Assembly: GCA_902793195.1 (NCBI GenBank)
Contig: CADBCS010000002.1
Coordinates: 90,041 to 154,040, forward strand
DNA length: 64,000 bases
From: an uncultured Coriobacteriaceae bacterium
Lineage (GTDB): Bacteria; Actinomycetota; Coriobacteriia; Coriobacteriales; Atopobiaceae
Reading direction: 5' to 3'
Within the stretch, counting starts at the first letter, position 1; the number at the start of each line of letters is the position of its first letter. The position numbers were made by a program, and so were the translations under genes. The notes beneath the pieces were generated by a model, which was given only the letters and a program-made list of their open reading frames with translations, was not told the DNA's origin and ran no database searches. Positions 18,805 through 27,363 of this stretch are shown piece after piece.

Positions 18805-19278
18805 ATGCTGCGCATAGGACATGGGTACGATGTGCACCAGTTTGCCGAGGGCAGAAAGTGCATTCTGGGTGGCGTGGACGTGCCGAGCGAGCGCGGCCTT
18901 CTGGGCCATTCCGATGCGGACGTGCTCGCGCACGCGCTGGCGGACGCGGTGCTGAGCGCCGCTCGTCTGGGCGACATCGGTCAGCACTTTCCCGACACCG
19001 ATCCTGCCTATGCGGGAGCCGACTCGCTCGTGCTTCTTGGGCGCGTGGCCGAGCTCGTGCGCAGCGAGGGGTTTGCCATCGTGGACGTGGACTGCACCGT
19101 GGCCGCGCAGGTGCCCAAGCTCTCGCCGTATCGCGACCAGATGCGCAGGAACCTTGCGGATGCGATGGGCGTCTCGGTGGATTCGGTTGGCGTAAAGGCG
19201 ACCACCACCGAGCGGCTGGGCTTCGTTGGCCGCGAGGAGGGCATCGCCGCCTGGGCCGTCGCACTTCTGGAGCGCTAG
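18805..19278 (+). CDS. ispF: 2-C-methyl-D-erythritol 2,4-cyclodiphosphate synthase
   Basis: [13 protein letters not shown]...[11 protein letters not shown]...[10 protein letters not shown]. Confidence 0.9.
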   Translation: MLRIGHGYDVHQFAEGRKCILGGVDVPSERGLLGHSDADVLAHALADAVLSAARLGDIGQHFPDTDPAYAGADSLVLLGRVAELVRSEGFAIVDVDCTVAAQVPKLSPYRDQMRRNLADAMGVSVDSVGVKATTTERLGFVGREEGIAAWAVALLER

Positions 19279-19280
19279 CC

Positions 19281-19382
19281 CGACTCACCCACCGGGGACG
19301 GTCCCTTCCGGTGACCCAGCGGGGACGGTCCCTTCCGGTGTAGTCACTTACCCGGAGGGGACGGTCCCCGACGGGCAGTGAC
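19281..19382. repeat. P-family cluster (3 units), left copy flanking brnTA
   Basis: CGACTCACCCACCGGGGACGGTCCCTTCCGGTG ... TAGTCACTTACCCGGAGGGGACGGTCCCCGACGGG. The first 33 bp recur at 20017-20049. Confidence 0.85.
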
Positions 19383-19458
19383 TGCAATGGGTCACGGTGT
19401 TTCTCGTCTGTTGCGGGTGATGAATGGCAAGCCCATTTCCCCCGCATGTAATCTTCTA

Positions 19459-19467
19459 TGGTATAAT
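19459..19467 (+). promoter_or_regulatory. putative extended -10 promoter element for brnTA
   Basis: TGGTATAAT sits in a locally AT-rich stretch about 30 nt upstream of the brnT start. No clear -35. Confidence 0.35.
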
Positions 19468-19497
19468 ATAGGTATATGAAGCATATAGGAGGTGTAT

Positions 19498-19770
19498 ATG
19501 CTCTTTGAATATGACCAGAAGAAGAACGAAACAAACCAAGCGAAGCACCATGTGAGCTTCGAGGAGGCGATTGAGATTTGGGACGACCCGGACCTTCTTG
19601 TCTTACATGCAAAACGCCGTGGAGAGAAGCGGTTGCTAGCGATTGGCAAGACGTTTTCCGTTTTGTATTCGGTCATACATACGAGGCGCGGGGATGCAAT
19701 ACGGGTCATTTCGGCTCGGCGTGCAACCAAGGGGGAGAGGAGGACCTATGAGCGCCATAAGGGATACTGA
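19498..19770 (+). CDS. brnT: BrnT-family (DUF497) type II toxin
   Basis: FEYDQKKNETNQAKHHVSFEEA...IRVISARRATKGERRTY is a strong DUF497 signature. AGGAGG lies 5 nt before ATG 19498. Confidence 0.8.
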   Translation: MLFEYDQKKNETNQAKHHVSFEEAIEIWDDPDLLVLHAKRRGEKRLLAIGKTFSVLYSVIHTRRGDAIRVISARRATKGERRTYERHKGY

Positions 19771-20005
19771 GGACAAGTTGCTCGAGCGCTTTGACGCTGG
19801 CGAGGAGGTGCTCGACATGTTTGACCTTGAGCGTGTGGAGCATCCCAACCGCGAGCTAAAGCGTGTGAACGTTGACTTTCCCGTATGGATGGTCGATGCT
19901 CTCGACGACGAGGCGGGAAGGCTGGGTATAAACCGGCAGGCCGTCATCAAGACCTGGATTGCCGAACGCCTGGATCGCATGCATAAGGTCGCGGCGACGC
20001 TGTAG
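19748..20005 (+). CDS. brnA: BrnA-family antitoxin (ribbon-helix-helix/CopG-like)
   Basis: Overlaps the brnT 3-prime end. RVNVDFPVWMVDALDDEAGRLGINRQAVIKTWI. AGGAGG before ATG 19748. Confidence 0.75.
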   Translation: MSAIRDTEDKLLERFDAGEEVLDMFDLERVEHPNRELKRVNVDFPVWMVDALDDEAGRLGINRQAVIKTWIAERLDRMHKVAATL

Positions 20006-20016
20006 CGGGACGCACG

Positions 20017-20090
20017 CGACTCACCCACCGGGGACGGTCCCTTCCGGTGCAGTCACTCACCCGGAGGGGACGGTCCCCGGTGGGTGAGTC
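20017..20090. repeat. P-family cluster (inverted dimer), right copy flanking brnTA
   Basis: CGACTCACCCACCGGGGACGGTCCCTTCCGGTGCAGTCACTCACCCGGAGGGGACGGTCCCCGGTGGGTGAGTC. The outer 18 bp are inverted repeats. Confidence 0.85.
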
Positions 20091-20169
20091 TTTCAGGCCT
20101 TTTTGTCTTCCGAGGTTCTTTGAGTCACTTTGCGCTATTATCTTGTGCGAAACCGACGGAAGGACTTCC

Positions 20170-21651
20170 ATGCTCGTCTACAACAGCCAAACGCACCGCA
20201 AGCAGGAGCTCGAGCCCATCGAGCCCGGCAAGATTCGCATGTACGTGTGCGGGCCCACCGTGTACGACCAGATCCACATTGGCAACGGTCGTACGTTCTT
20301 GAGCTTCGACGTGATTCGTCGCTACCTCATGTTCAAGGGCTACGAGGTCACGTTTGCGCAGAACCTCACCGACGTGGACGACAAGATCATCAATCGCGCA
20401 AACGAGCAGGGCCGCACGGCTGCCGAGGTGGCCGAGGAGTTCTCCAGCAAGTTCATCGAGCAGATGCACCGCTTTGACATCCTCGACCCCGACATCCGCC
20501 CGCGCGCCACGCGCGAGATCGAGGCCATGCAGGAGATGATCTCGCTGCTCATAGAGCAGGGCAACGCCTACGCGGTGCCCAGCGGCGACGTGTACTTCTC
20601 GGTGCGTAGCGACCACAGCTACGGAGTGCTTTCCGGTCGCGACCTGGATCAGCTGCGCGCGGGCGAGCGCGTGGAGGTAAACGACGAGAAGCGCGATCCC
20701 TTTGACTTTGCCCTGTGGAAGGCGGCCAAGCCCGGCGAACCCAGCTGGCCGAGCCCCTGGGGCGAGGGGCGCCCCGGCTGGCACACCGAGTGCTGCGCCA
20801 TGATTCATCGCTACCTGGGCACGCCCATCGACATTCACGGCGGCGGTGCCGACCTCATCTTCCCGCATCACGAGAACGAGACCGCCCAGGCCATGTGCGC
20901 CTGGCACGCGCCGCTTGCCAACGTGTGGATGCACACCGGCATGCTGCAGATCAACGAGGAGAAGATGTCCAAGAGCCTGGGCAACTTCTACACCCTCAAG
21001 GAGGTGCTGGACCGCTATCCGGCAAACGCCGTTCGCATCCTCATGCTGCAGACGCACTACCGCGCTCCGCTGGACTTCTCGTTCGACCGCCTGGACGGCG
21101 CGGTGAGCTCCATGGAGCGCTTGTTGAGCTGCGTAAAGAACCTGCGTTGGGCCGCCCACGCCGCTCCGCAGGACGGCAACCTCACCGACGCCGACCGCTC
21201 CCTGGGCGAGGCTGTTGACGCCGCCCACGCCGAGTTCGTGGCGAGCATGGACGACGACTTCAACACCGCGGGCGGACTGGCCGCCATCTTTGGGCTGGTC
21301 ACCGCCTCGAACAAGTACCTTGCGGAGGCTGCGGGCTCAATCGAGACGGCCGTGACCCTGCGCGCCGCCGACACCCTTGTGGAGCTGTGCGGCGTGTTGG
21401 GCATCGACCTTACGCAGGAGTCGGCCGACGACGACTTGCCGGCAGAGCTGGTGGACTTGGCGGCAGAGCGCGCGGGTTACGCGGGTTCGAGCGCGGCAGA
21501 GGCCGCCGAGGCGCTGCTCGAGGCCCGTGCCCAGGCGCGCAAGGCGAAGGACTGGGGCACGGCCGATGCCATCCGCGACGGGATTGCCACGCTCGGGCTT
21601 ATCGTGGAGGACACGGCTGCCGGTGCGCGACTGCGCCGCAAGAAGGACTAG
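20170..21651 (+). CDS. cysS: cysteine--tRNA ligase
   Basis: [18 protein letters not shown] (HIGH) and KMSKS present. ATG 20170 chosen because the longer ORF starts inside the repeat cluster. Confidence 0.9.
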   Translation: MLVYNSQTHRKQELEPIEPGKIRMYVCGPTVYDQIHIGNGRTFLSFDVIRRYLMFKGYEVTFAQNLTDVDDKIINRANEQGRTAAEVAEEFSSKFIEQMHRFDILDPDIRPRATREIEAMQEMISLLIEQGNAYAVPSGDVYFSVRSDHSYGVLSGRDLDQLRAGERVEVNDEKRDPFDFALWKAAKPGEPSWPSPWGEGRPGWHTECCAMIHRYLGTPIDIHGGGADLIFPHHENETAQAMCAWHAPLANVWMHTGMLQINEEKMSKSLGNFYTLKEVLDRYPANAVRILMLQTHYRAPLDFSFDRLDGAVSSMERLLSCVKNLRWAAHAAPQDGNLTDADRSLGEAVDAAHAEFVASMDDDFNTAGGLAAIFGLVTASNKYLAEAAGSIETAVTLRAADTLVELCGVLGIDLTQESADDDLPAELVDLAAERAGYAGSSAAEAAEALLEARAQARKAKDWGTADAIRDGIATLGLIVEDTAAGARLRRKKD

Positions 21652-21666
21652 GGACAGGGGCCAGCC

Positions 21667-22620
21667 ATGGCAAAGAACCAGTCGAGAAAGCCGGGGCGCG
21701 ACGTGCGTGGCGGCACGGGCAAGCGTGCCCGTTCCACGGCGCCGTCGGGCAGGCGTGGCGGCAAGGACCAGCACGGCCGCAACGCTCGGCAGGGATACGT
21801 GCCGGGACAGCGGTCGACCTCGCGATCGCAGCAGCGTCCGCCGCAGCGCAAGGGCTCGCGCATGGCGGGACCGCAGCACTACATAGAGGGACGGCGCGCC
21901 TGTGCCGAGGCGCTCGACGCCCGCGTGCCCCTTCGCCGCGCCCTGGTGGCGACGGCGGTGGGCGAGCGCGACCGGTCGCTCGAGGACCTGGTGGTGCGCC
22001 TGGAGCAGGCTGGCGTGCAGGTGGAGTACGTCGCGAAGGACCGTCTGGACGGCCGTTCCTCTCATGGGGCTCATCAGGGAATCATGCTCGAGGTCGAGCC
22101 GTTTGCGTATGCGACCCTTGGCGACGTGATAGAGGTGGCCGGGACGGACGACGCACTCGTGCTGCTGCTCGACCACGTTACGGACGAGGGCAACTTTGGG
22201 GCGATCGTCCGCACGGCCGAGGTGGTGGGAGCCGCCGGAGTGGTGGTGGCCAACGCCCGCGCCGCGCGCGTGGGGACCGCCGCCTACAAGACGTCTGCCG
22301 GCGCCGTGCTGCACCTGCCCATCGCCCAGGTACCCAACCTGGCAACGGCGATCGAGCAGCTCAAGGAGGCCGGCTTTTGGGTGGGCGCCGCCACCGAGCA
22401 CGCGCACGACGACGTGTGGCATGCCCCGCTCGACGGGCGCATCTGCTTGGTGATGGGCTCGGAGGGGTCGGGCGTCTCGGCGCTCGTGCGCAAGCGCTGC
22501 GACTTTGAGTGCCGTCTCCCGCAGCGCGGGCGCGTGGAGTCGCTCAACGTGGCGCAGGCGACCACGGCGCTCTGCTACGAGTGGCTGCGCCGCACCATGG
22601 CCAAGGGCGAGGCCGAATGA
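21667..22620 (+). CDS. rlmB: 23S rRNA (guanosine-2-prime-O)-methyltransferase RlmB (SpoU/TrmH family) with basic N-terminal extension
   Basis: SpoU motifs (LLLDHVTDEGNFGAIVRTA, LVMGSEGSGVS, VESLNVAQA). Confidence 0.8.
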   Translation: MAKNQSRKPGRDVRGGTGKRARSTAPSGRRGGKDQHGRNARQGYVPGQRSTSRSQQRPPQRKGSRMAGPQHYIEGRRACAEALDARVPLRRALVATAVGERDRSLEDLVVRLEQAGVQVEYVAKDRLDGRSSHGAHQGIMLEVEPFAYATLGDVIEVAGTDDALVLLLDHVTDEGNFGAIVRTAEVVGAAGVVVANARAARVGTAAYKTSAGAVLHLPIAQVPNLATAIEQLKEAGFWVGAATEHAHDDVWHAPLDGRICLVMGSEGSGVSALVRKRCDFECRLPQRGRVESLNVAQATTALCYEWLRRTMAKGEAE

Positions 22621-23198
22621 GAAGGTCGCAGATGCCCCTGCTCGTGGTGGACGGGTACAACGTGATTGGGGCGACGCCGCGCTACACGGACCTGATAGAC
22701 GAGCATGCCGGTGCGGGTGCGCTGGCGGACGTGGCGTCACTCTCGCGTGACCCGTATGGCCACGACCCGTTTGAGTCGGCGCGGCGCGTGCTCATGTCCG
22801 ACGTGGCAACGTATGCGCAGGGTCGCTACGAGGCCATAGTTGTGTTCGACGCCGCCCAGAACCTCTCGGACGAGCGTCCGGACTTCTCGCCTGGTGGCGT
22901 GCGCATGGTGTTCTCGCGCACGGGGGAGTCGGCCGACACCGTGATTGAGCGCCAGGTGGTTCGCGCGCGCGAGCAGGGTCGGGAGGTGCTGCTGGTTACG
23001 TCGGACAACGCCATCCGCGCGACGGTGGGCGGGATTCCCGTTACGTGCGTGTCGAGCGCGCTGCTGGCGCATGACATGCAGGACACGAACGACGACGTTG
23101 CCGAGGCGCGCGCAGAGCGCACGCACATGCGCCTCACCATGGAGGACCGGCTCGATTCGACCACGCGCGACAAGCTGTGGAAGCTGCTGGGTCGCTAA
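22617..23198 (+). CDS. yacP: NYN-domain ribonuclease, YacP/Rae1 family
   Basis: PLLVVDGYNVIG... and LVTSDN. ATG overlaps the rlmB stop. Position after rlmB matches the Bacillus gene order. Confidence 0.7.
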   Translation: MRRSQMPLLVVDGYNVIGATPRYTDLIDEHAGAGALADVASLSRDPYGHDPFESARRVLMSDVATYAQGRYEAIVVFDAAQNLSDERPDFSPGGVRMVFSRTGESADTVIERQVVRAREQGREVLLVTSDNAIRATVGGIPVTCVSSALLAHDMQDTNDDVAEARAERTHMRLTMEDRLDSTTRDKLWKLLGR

Positions 23199-23217
23199 CG
23201 TGTTGGCAGGAACGACC

Positions 23218-23415
23218 TGCCGCGCGCGATTTGGCCCCCGCCTTGGGGCACCGCGCACGATTTCGTGACAAGATCGGCCCCTGCCGCGTACGATTCGGTC
23301 CCGCCTTGGGGCACCGCGCACGATTTCGTGACAAGATCGGCCCCTACCGCGTACGATAACCGGCCGAGATTGTACGCGGTAGAGACTCTTTCCTGCCGGA
23401 AATTGTACGCAGCAG
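23218..23415. repeat. M-family GC-rich mosaic repeat cluster
   Basis: CCCGCCTTGGGGCACCGCGCACGATTTCGTGACAAGATCGGCCCCT occurs at 23237 and 23300 (63-bp period), followed by an inverted tail with ATTGTACGCGGTAG. Confidence 0.85.
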
Positions 23416-23452
23416 ACGGGCGCCGCGCAGGTGAGGGGTCAAGGCCCTTATC

Positions 23453-24049
23453 TCAATCGAGGCACTCCTTTGGGGCGTGGCCATAGTAGGCGGTGTGAGG
23501 GCCGTGCGAAAGTACCCGTTTCCAATCCTTGGTGACGGGGTTCTCGTCTCCGAGGTCTATCCAGCTCAAGGGGGTCAGGTCGCCCACAAACGCTTCGCCC
23601 GTGTCCAAGACCACCCCCACGCTGTCGGGGCTGTGCGACGGCAGCGGAATAACCTCGCCGCATATGCCCAGGCTGGAGAGAAATGCCCGGCTTTTGGTCA
23701 GGGGAACCGACACCGCCCGACGGTCGTCTATGGGGCTAAACCGTTCCTTGGGGTCCCTGGCGAAGATGGCGTCGGAGTCGTGAAGGTGGTTTGCCTGCTC
23801 GCCAAACGCAACGAGCGTCACCCCGTACGAAAGGAGGCTGGGCAGGAGGCCAATGTGATCCGGGTGATAGTGCGTCGCCATCATGTGGGTGATGGCGTTG
23901 GAGGGCATGCCGGCCTGTTTGAGATTGGCATTAAACCGGTGCAGCGTGGACGGGAACCCGGTGTCTATGAGAAGCGATGCCTGTGGGGCCCGAACGACGT
24001 ACGAGTTCGTCGCACAGTATCGCGGTACCTCGATTACCTCCATCGGCAT
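23453..24049 (-). CDS. MBL-fold metallo-hydrolase
   Basis: ATHYHPDHIG (HxHxDH) and downstream His/Asp ligand positions; 198 aa. Confidence 0.75.
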   Translation of the reverse strand: MPMEVIEVPRYCATNSYVVRAPQASLLIDTGFPSTLHRFNANLKQAGMPSNAITHMMATHYHPDHIGLLPSLLSYGVTLVAFGEQANHLHDSDAIFARDPKERFSPIDDRRAVSVPLTKSRAFLSSLGICGEVIPLPSHSPDSVGVVLDTGEAFVGDLTPLSWIDLGDENPVTKDWKRVLSHGPHTAYYGHAPKECLD

Positions 24050-24153
24050 CCTTCCGTGATTATGGGCACACCGTCACCCATTCTACGCGCAACGCTCGAT
24101 TCGCGGCTTCTCGCCTCGCGTGGTTTGTAAACTGTGGTAGCATATTCAACCAC

Positions 24154-24228
24154 GCCAGCGTGGCTCAATGGTAGAGCACCGGCCTTGTAATCCGGTGGTT
24201 ATGGGTTCGATTCCCATCGCTGGCTCCA
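24154..24228 (+). tRNA. tRNA-Thr (anticodon UGU)
   Basis: Cloverleaf by hand: GCCAGCG/CGCTGGC acceptor, GCTC..GAGC D arm, anticodon loop CTTGTAA, ATGGG-TTCGATT-CCCAT T arm, encoded CCA. One 31-39 mismatch. Confidence 0.75.
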
Positions 24229-25548
24229 GGTAAGTGACGCCTCCCCCAAAGGGAGGCTTTTTCGTGTCCGTGGCCGTCGCGGGGAATCGAACCCGAGAGG
24301 GCACAGCCTCATGCCGCGTTTCATGATGCCCGCAATCCTCTCGACCTCGGGGAATCCCCGCCCCACAACGTTGTTTACCGCTTCGTCGAACTTGTTGAGC
24401 GCCTCGTCAGCCAGTGAGGAAAACTCCTGCAGCGCAATGTCGGTAGGAAGACCTGCCTCGGTGACCGAACTCTCCACATCCTCGCTCCTCACCCCAAAGA
24501 TAGAGCGGCTCGGTGTAAGCGAGATGCCCATGGTGTCCTTAAGCCTGCCGTAGATCGTTGTGTCGAGCACGTCGTAAAGGGGGGCCACCTCCCTGTCGGC
24601 CCAGTCCGCGCCATAGAGCAGGGAGATGTTCTTCAAGTGGTTGTCGCAGTTGCCCACGAGATAGCTAAAAGCCGTGTAATAAAGCACCATCATTGCGTTC
24701 CCGAAGTGGTTCTTGCAGGATCGTGATGCGGTTGACACGGCAAAACGCAGGTAATTGGCACCTGTGGGCTCGTACTTCAGCTTCGTTCCGCCGGCTTGGC
24801 AAAGGTCTTCTTGGTGAAGACGCATGGGGAGTACGTGCCCATCCGTTAGCAACGGGCCTTCGGGAATCGGTCGGTCGAATCTTCGTACTGCAAGCAGCGG
24901 TCCGGCGTCTGTCCCTACGAGCTCGAATTCCTCGACAGGCAGGTCGCAAAGCCGCGCGAGTTCCAGGCAGAGCGCCTCGTTAAGAATCTCGTATGGGAAG
25001 ACCTCGTTATTGCCGGCCTTCACAATATGGGTGGACGGGGCGGTCCCTTTTGGTAGCAGCCACTCATTCGTCATGTCGTCACGATAGAGCCCCACTTTGG
25101 CCATTGCTCCCGCGAGCGAGAGGCGCGTCTTTCCCACGACGTCCATCGCCACTGGTTCGGGTGTTTGTGCGAGCATTTCGAGCGTGTTGGGATCGAGGGG
25201 AGTATACGCCCTCCCGTCACCAGGTATGGTTTCGGTGACGGAGAACACTAAGCCGCCAGACGACTCGTCGTTCAGTCGTTCCAAGAGCGGAGAGTACTCG
25301 CTTCTGCCTGCGCGAAGAGCGTCCAGAAAGTCGATGCGGGTTTGTCCCTCGGGCACGAGCGCCGAGAAGAAGATCTCAGTGTCGCGCTCCGAGAAGGGTT
25401 TGACACCCACGGGCAAGCGAACCGATATTGCGGGACCGTTATAGCTGCGGTCGTAGCGGAAGGTCGCATGGTCCTCGGCGGCTTCGATAAGACCCACGTG
25501 CTCATATGCGCCATAGGTGTCGCGCCAGACGTGGATACGCTCGTTCAT
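24199..25548 (-). CDS. hipA: HipA-family serine/threonine kinase toxin; 3-prime end reads through the terminator into the tRNA-Thr gene
   Basis: N-terminal HipA coupling domain and LVGNCDNHLKNISLLY catalytic loop. The last roughly 35 codons overlap the terminator hairpin and tRNA-Thr 3-prime end in antisense. Confidence 0.8.
   Translation of the reverse strand: MNERIHVWRDTYGAYEHVGLIEAAEDHATFRYDRSYNGPAISVRLPVGVKPFSERDTEIFFSALVPEGQTRIDFLDALRAGRSEYSPLLERLNDESSGGLVFSVTETIPGDGRAYTPLDPNTLEMLAQTPEPVAMDVVGKTRLSLAGAMAKVGLYRDDMTNEWLLPKGTAPSTHIVKAGNNEVFPYEILNEALCLELARLCDLPVEEFELVGTDAGPLLAVRRFDRPIPEGPLLTDGHVLPMRLHQEDLCQAGGTKLKYEPTGANYLRFAVSTASRSCKNHFGNAMMVLYYTAFSYLVGNCDNHLKNISLLYGADWADREVAPLYDVLDTTIYGRLKDTMGISLTPSRSIFGVRSEDVESSVTEAGLPTDIALQEFSSLADEALNKFDEAVNNVVGRGFPEVERIAGIMKRGMRLCPLGFDSPRRPRTRKSLPLGEASLTWSQRWESNP
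24239..24262. terminator. intrinsic terminator after tRNA-Thr
   Basis: GCCTCCC-CCAAA-GGGAGGC followed by TTTTT. Confidence 0.7.
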
Positions 25549-25829
25549 AGCTTGTCTCCGATGCTGAGGATGATGTCGACCCCGAGGCGGCTGGCGTAGA
25601 GCGCAACCCTGTCGAAGGCGACCTTCCGCGCCCCGCGCTCAATCTCGCTGATCATACGCTGGTTGAAGCCGCACACCTGCGCAGCCAGGTCCTGGGACCA
25701 TCCTAGTTCCCGGCGTCGAGTGCGTAGGACGCGACCCACCTCCGACAAATTCGAGCATGTCGTGCGCGCGGGCTGGTCGAAGCGCGGGTCGTGGTCGGGT
25801 CGTGTGAGGAGCTTGATGCGCGTGGGCAT
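25545..25829 (-). CDS. hipB: XRE-family HTH antitoxin (HipB-like)
   Basis: LRTRRRELGWSQDLAAQVCGFNQRMISEIERG is a Cro/C1 HTH. Stop overlaps the hipA ATG by 4 nt. Confidence 0.75.
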   Translation of the reverse strand: MPTRIKLLTRPDHDPRFDQPARTTCSNLSEVGRVLRTRRRELGWSQDLAAQVCGFNQRMISEIERGARKVAFDRVALYASRLGVDIILSIGDKL

Positions 25830-25841
25830 GGCATTCCTTTC

Positions 25842-25932
25842 ATACGTTTACGTAATGAATATACTACATGAAGGCATTCAATACGTAAACGTACTGCTAA
25901 TCTACTTGCGGATTATTCAATACGTTTACGTG
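25842..25932. promoter_or_regulatory. three copies of a near-palindromic box ATACGT[TT/AA]ACGT upstream of hipB (putative operators)
   Basis: ATACGTTTACGTA 25842-25854, ATACGTAAACGTA 25881-25893, ATACGTTTACGTG 25920-25932, in an AT-rich stretch directly upstream of the hipB start. Confidence 0.45.
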
Positions 25933-26004
25933 CTCGATGACATTGGATCGTATGCGTGAAGGAGGGGCGGCGGGTCCGCGCACGAGGGCCCGGGCTCGGT
26001 TGAA

Positions 26005-26427
26005 TTACGCCCTCACCAGAAGCTCGAGCGTCAGCGGGTCCGGCTCTCCGCCAAAGTAGCGGTCGAGCACCTCTTGGAACGCGGGGTCGGCGCCCCTCGC
26101 GAGCGAGAAGAGCGTCATGCACGACCGGAGCTTGAGCGCGTCCACGTATCCCATCACGGCGACTGGGTCGTTCCCGTCAAGCTCGAGTAGCGCCCGCGAC
26201 ATCTCCACGAGCCGGCTGCGTAGCATTTCATCTGCGAGGTATGCTTCGGCCTCTCCCATGCCGTGGATGCCGTAGCGCGCACACATGGGGCTGCGGCCGA
26301 GGCCCTGCAGCTGCGGGAACACGTACCAGATCCAGTGGGACCGCTTCTGACCAGCCCGAATCTCCGCCAAAGCCTGTCGGTAGTCCCGCTTCTGCGCGTC
26401 TTTGAATCGCTGAAGGCCGTATACCAT
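26005..26427 (-). CDS. DUF1810-family protein
   Basis: LQRFKDAQ...Y..AL.EIRAG.K.SHWIWYVFPQLQGLGRS is the characteristic DUF1810 N-terminal signature. Confidence 0.65.
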   Translation of the reverse strand: MVYGLQRFKDAQKRDYRQALAEIRAGQKRSHWIWYVFPQLQGLGRSPMCARYGIHGMGEAEAYLADEMLRSRLVEMSRALLELDGNDPVAVMGYVDALKLRSCMTLFSLARGADPAFQEVLDRYFGGEPDPLTLELLVRA

Positions 26428-26566
26428 GACAGTTCCTTTCCAAGGTTCGTATTCGCGGAGGACAGTTCCAATCTACCTCAGACAGGGCTCCACGCGCTCG
26501 AGCGGCTTTTGGGCGTCTGCGAACAAACCCGTGGAAGTGCTCCCGACGACTTTGCGGTAGAGGTAA

Positions 26567-27100
26567 ACAAGGGAGGCAGAAGAACTTGCCAACTTCGTCG
26601 AGGTCAACCTCAGAGGAGTTGTGTTCAAGCAACCCGAGCACGAGCGCGACGTCACCTACGTCGACACGCTGCCCGTCACCACCATGGAGCGCACGGTGGC
26701 AGACCTCGTTCGGGATCGGCACGACCCTGACCACGTAATGCGGACGGCGCAGGACGCGCTCATAAAGGGTGGCGACGGCCAGAGGCTCCTGGAGGCCCTG
26801 GAGGGGCTTCGCCCAGCATACGGCGGAAGGATTGCGCTCGTACTTCCGCACGACGCCAAAACCCCAGAGGCCAGGGAGGCGATGGTGGAGAATATCGTTG
26901 CCGAGGTCATGAAGAGGCTGGAGAGCCGCGAGGAGGCCTGGGACCCTGCGGAACAAGACCTGTCACCAATCGAGGAGGCATACGTCTCCATCGTGAGAAG
27001 GCGCCTCAAGCCGATCCTTGAGGCCCGCGCCGCCGAGGTCGAGGCGCGGCGCAGGTCGGGACGCGACCCGATGCCCGGGCGGGGACCCATGCGCTCCTGA
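26567..27100 (+). pseudogene. AbiEi-like (type IV TA antitoxin) gene remnant, N-terminally truncated or frameshifted
   Basis: The frame opens just after a TAA at 26564. VTYVDTLPVTTMERTVADLV resembles the conserved AbiEi core. No N-terminal wHTH, and upstream matching text sits in another frame. Confidence 0.35.
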
Positions 27101-27175
27101 CGTCGGGGAGCCAAAGACCGTGCGCCTCCGTCCCGGGACAACGGCATAGTTGGAAATGAGTCGAGAGGATGGCCC

Positions 27176-27241
27176 ATGAGGTACAAGACGCCAAGAGCGC
27201 TCGAGCAGGCGGTGCGCTCGGTGAGCACGCTTGCCCCCTAA
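27176..27241 (+). pseudogene. 21-codon stub resembling the N-terminus of an AbiEii/DUF1814 nucleotidyltransferase toxin
   Basis: MRYKTPRALEQAVRSVSTLAP then stop. Position just after the AbiEi-like remnant fits a decayed abiE pair. Recognition is from memory of family N-termini only. Confidence 0.25.
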
Positions 27242-27363
27242 AGCCAAATATGAACAACCTGTCTAACGGCCACGAGAGCTGAGGTCTTGTGGCAAACTTA
27301 TGCGACATTGTATGTCCACAATACTGGAGACATGGAGAAACACATACGTGAGGGAGCACAGCC

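Noticed and set aside
26263-26730. 155-aa plus-strand ORF and 242-aa minus-strand ORF (26228..26956) overlapping the DUF1810 gene end and the AbiEi remnant.
   Set aside because: No RBS and Arg/Pro-rich composition. Part of the plus-strand ORF probably represents the out-of-frame upstream piece of the decayed AbiEi gene rather than an independent gene.
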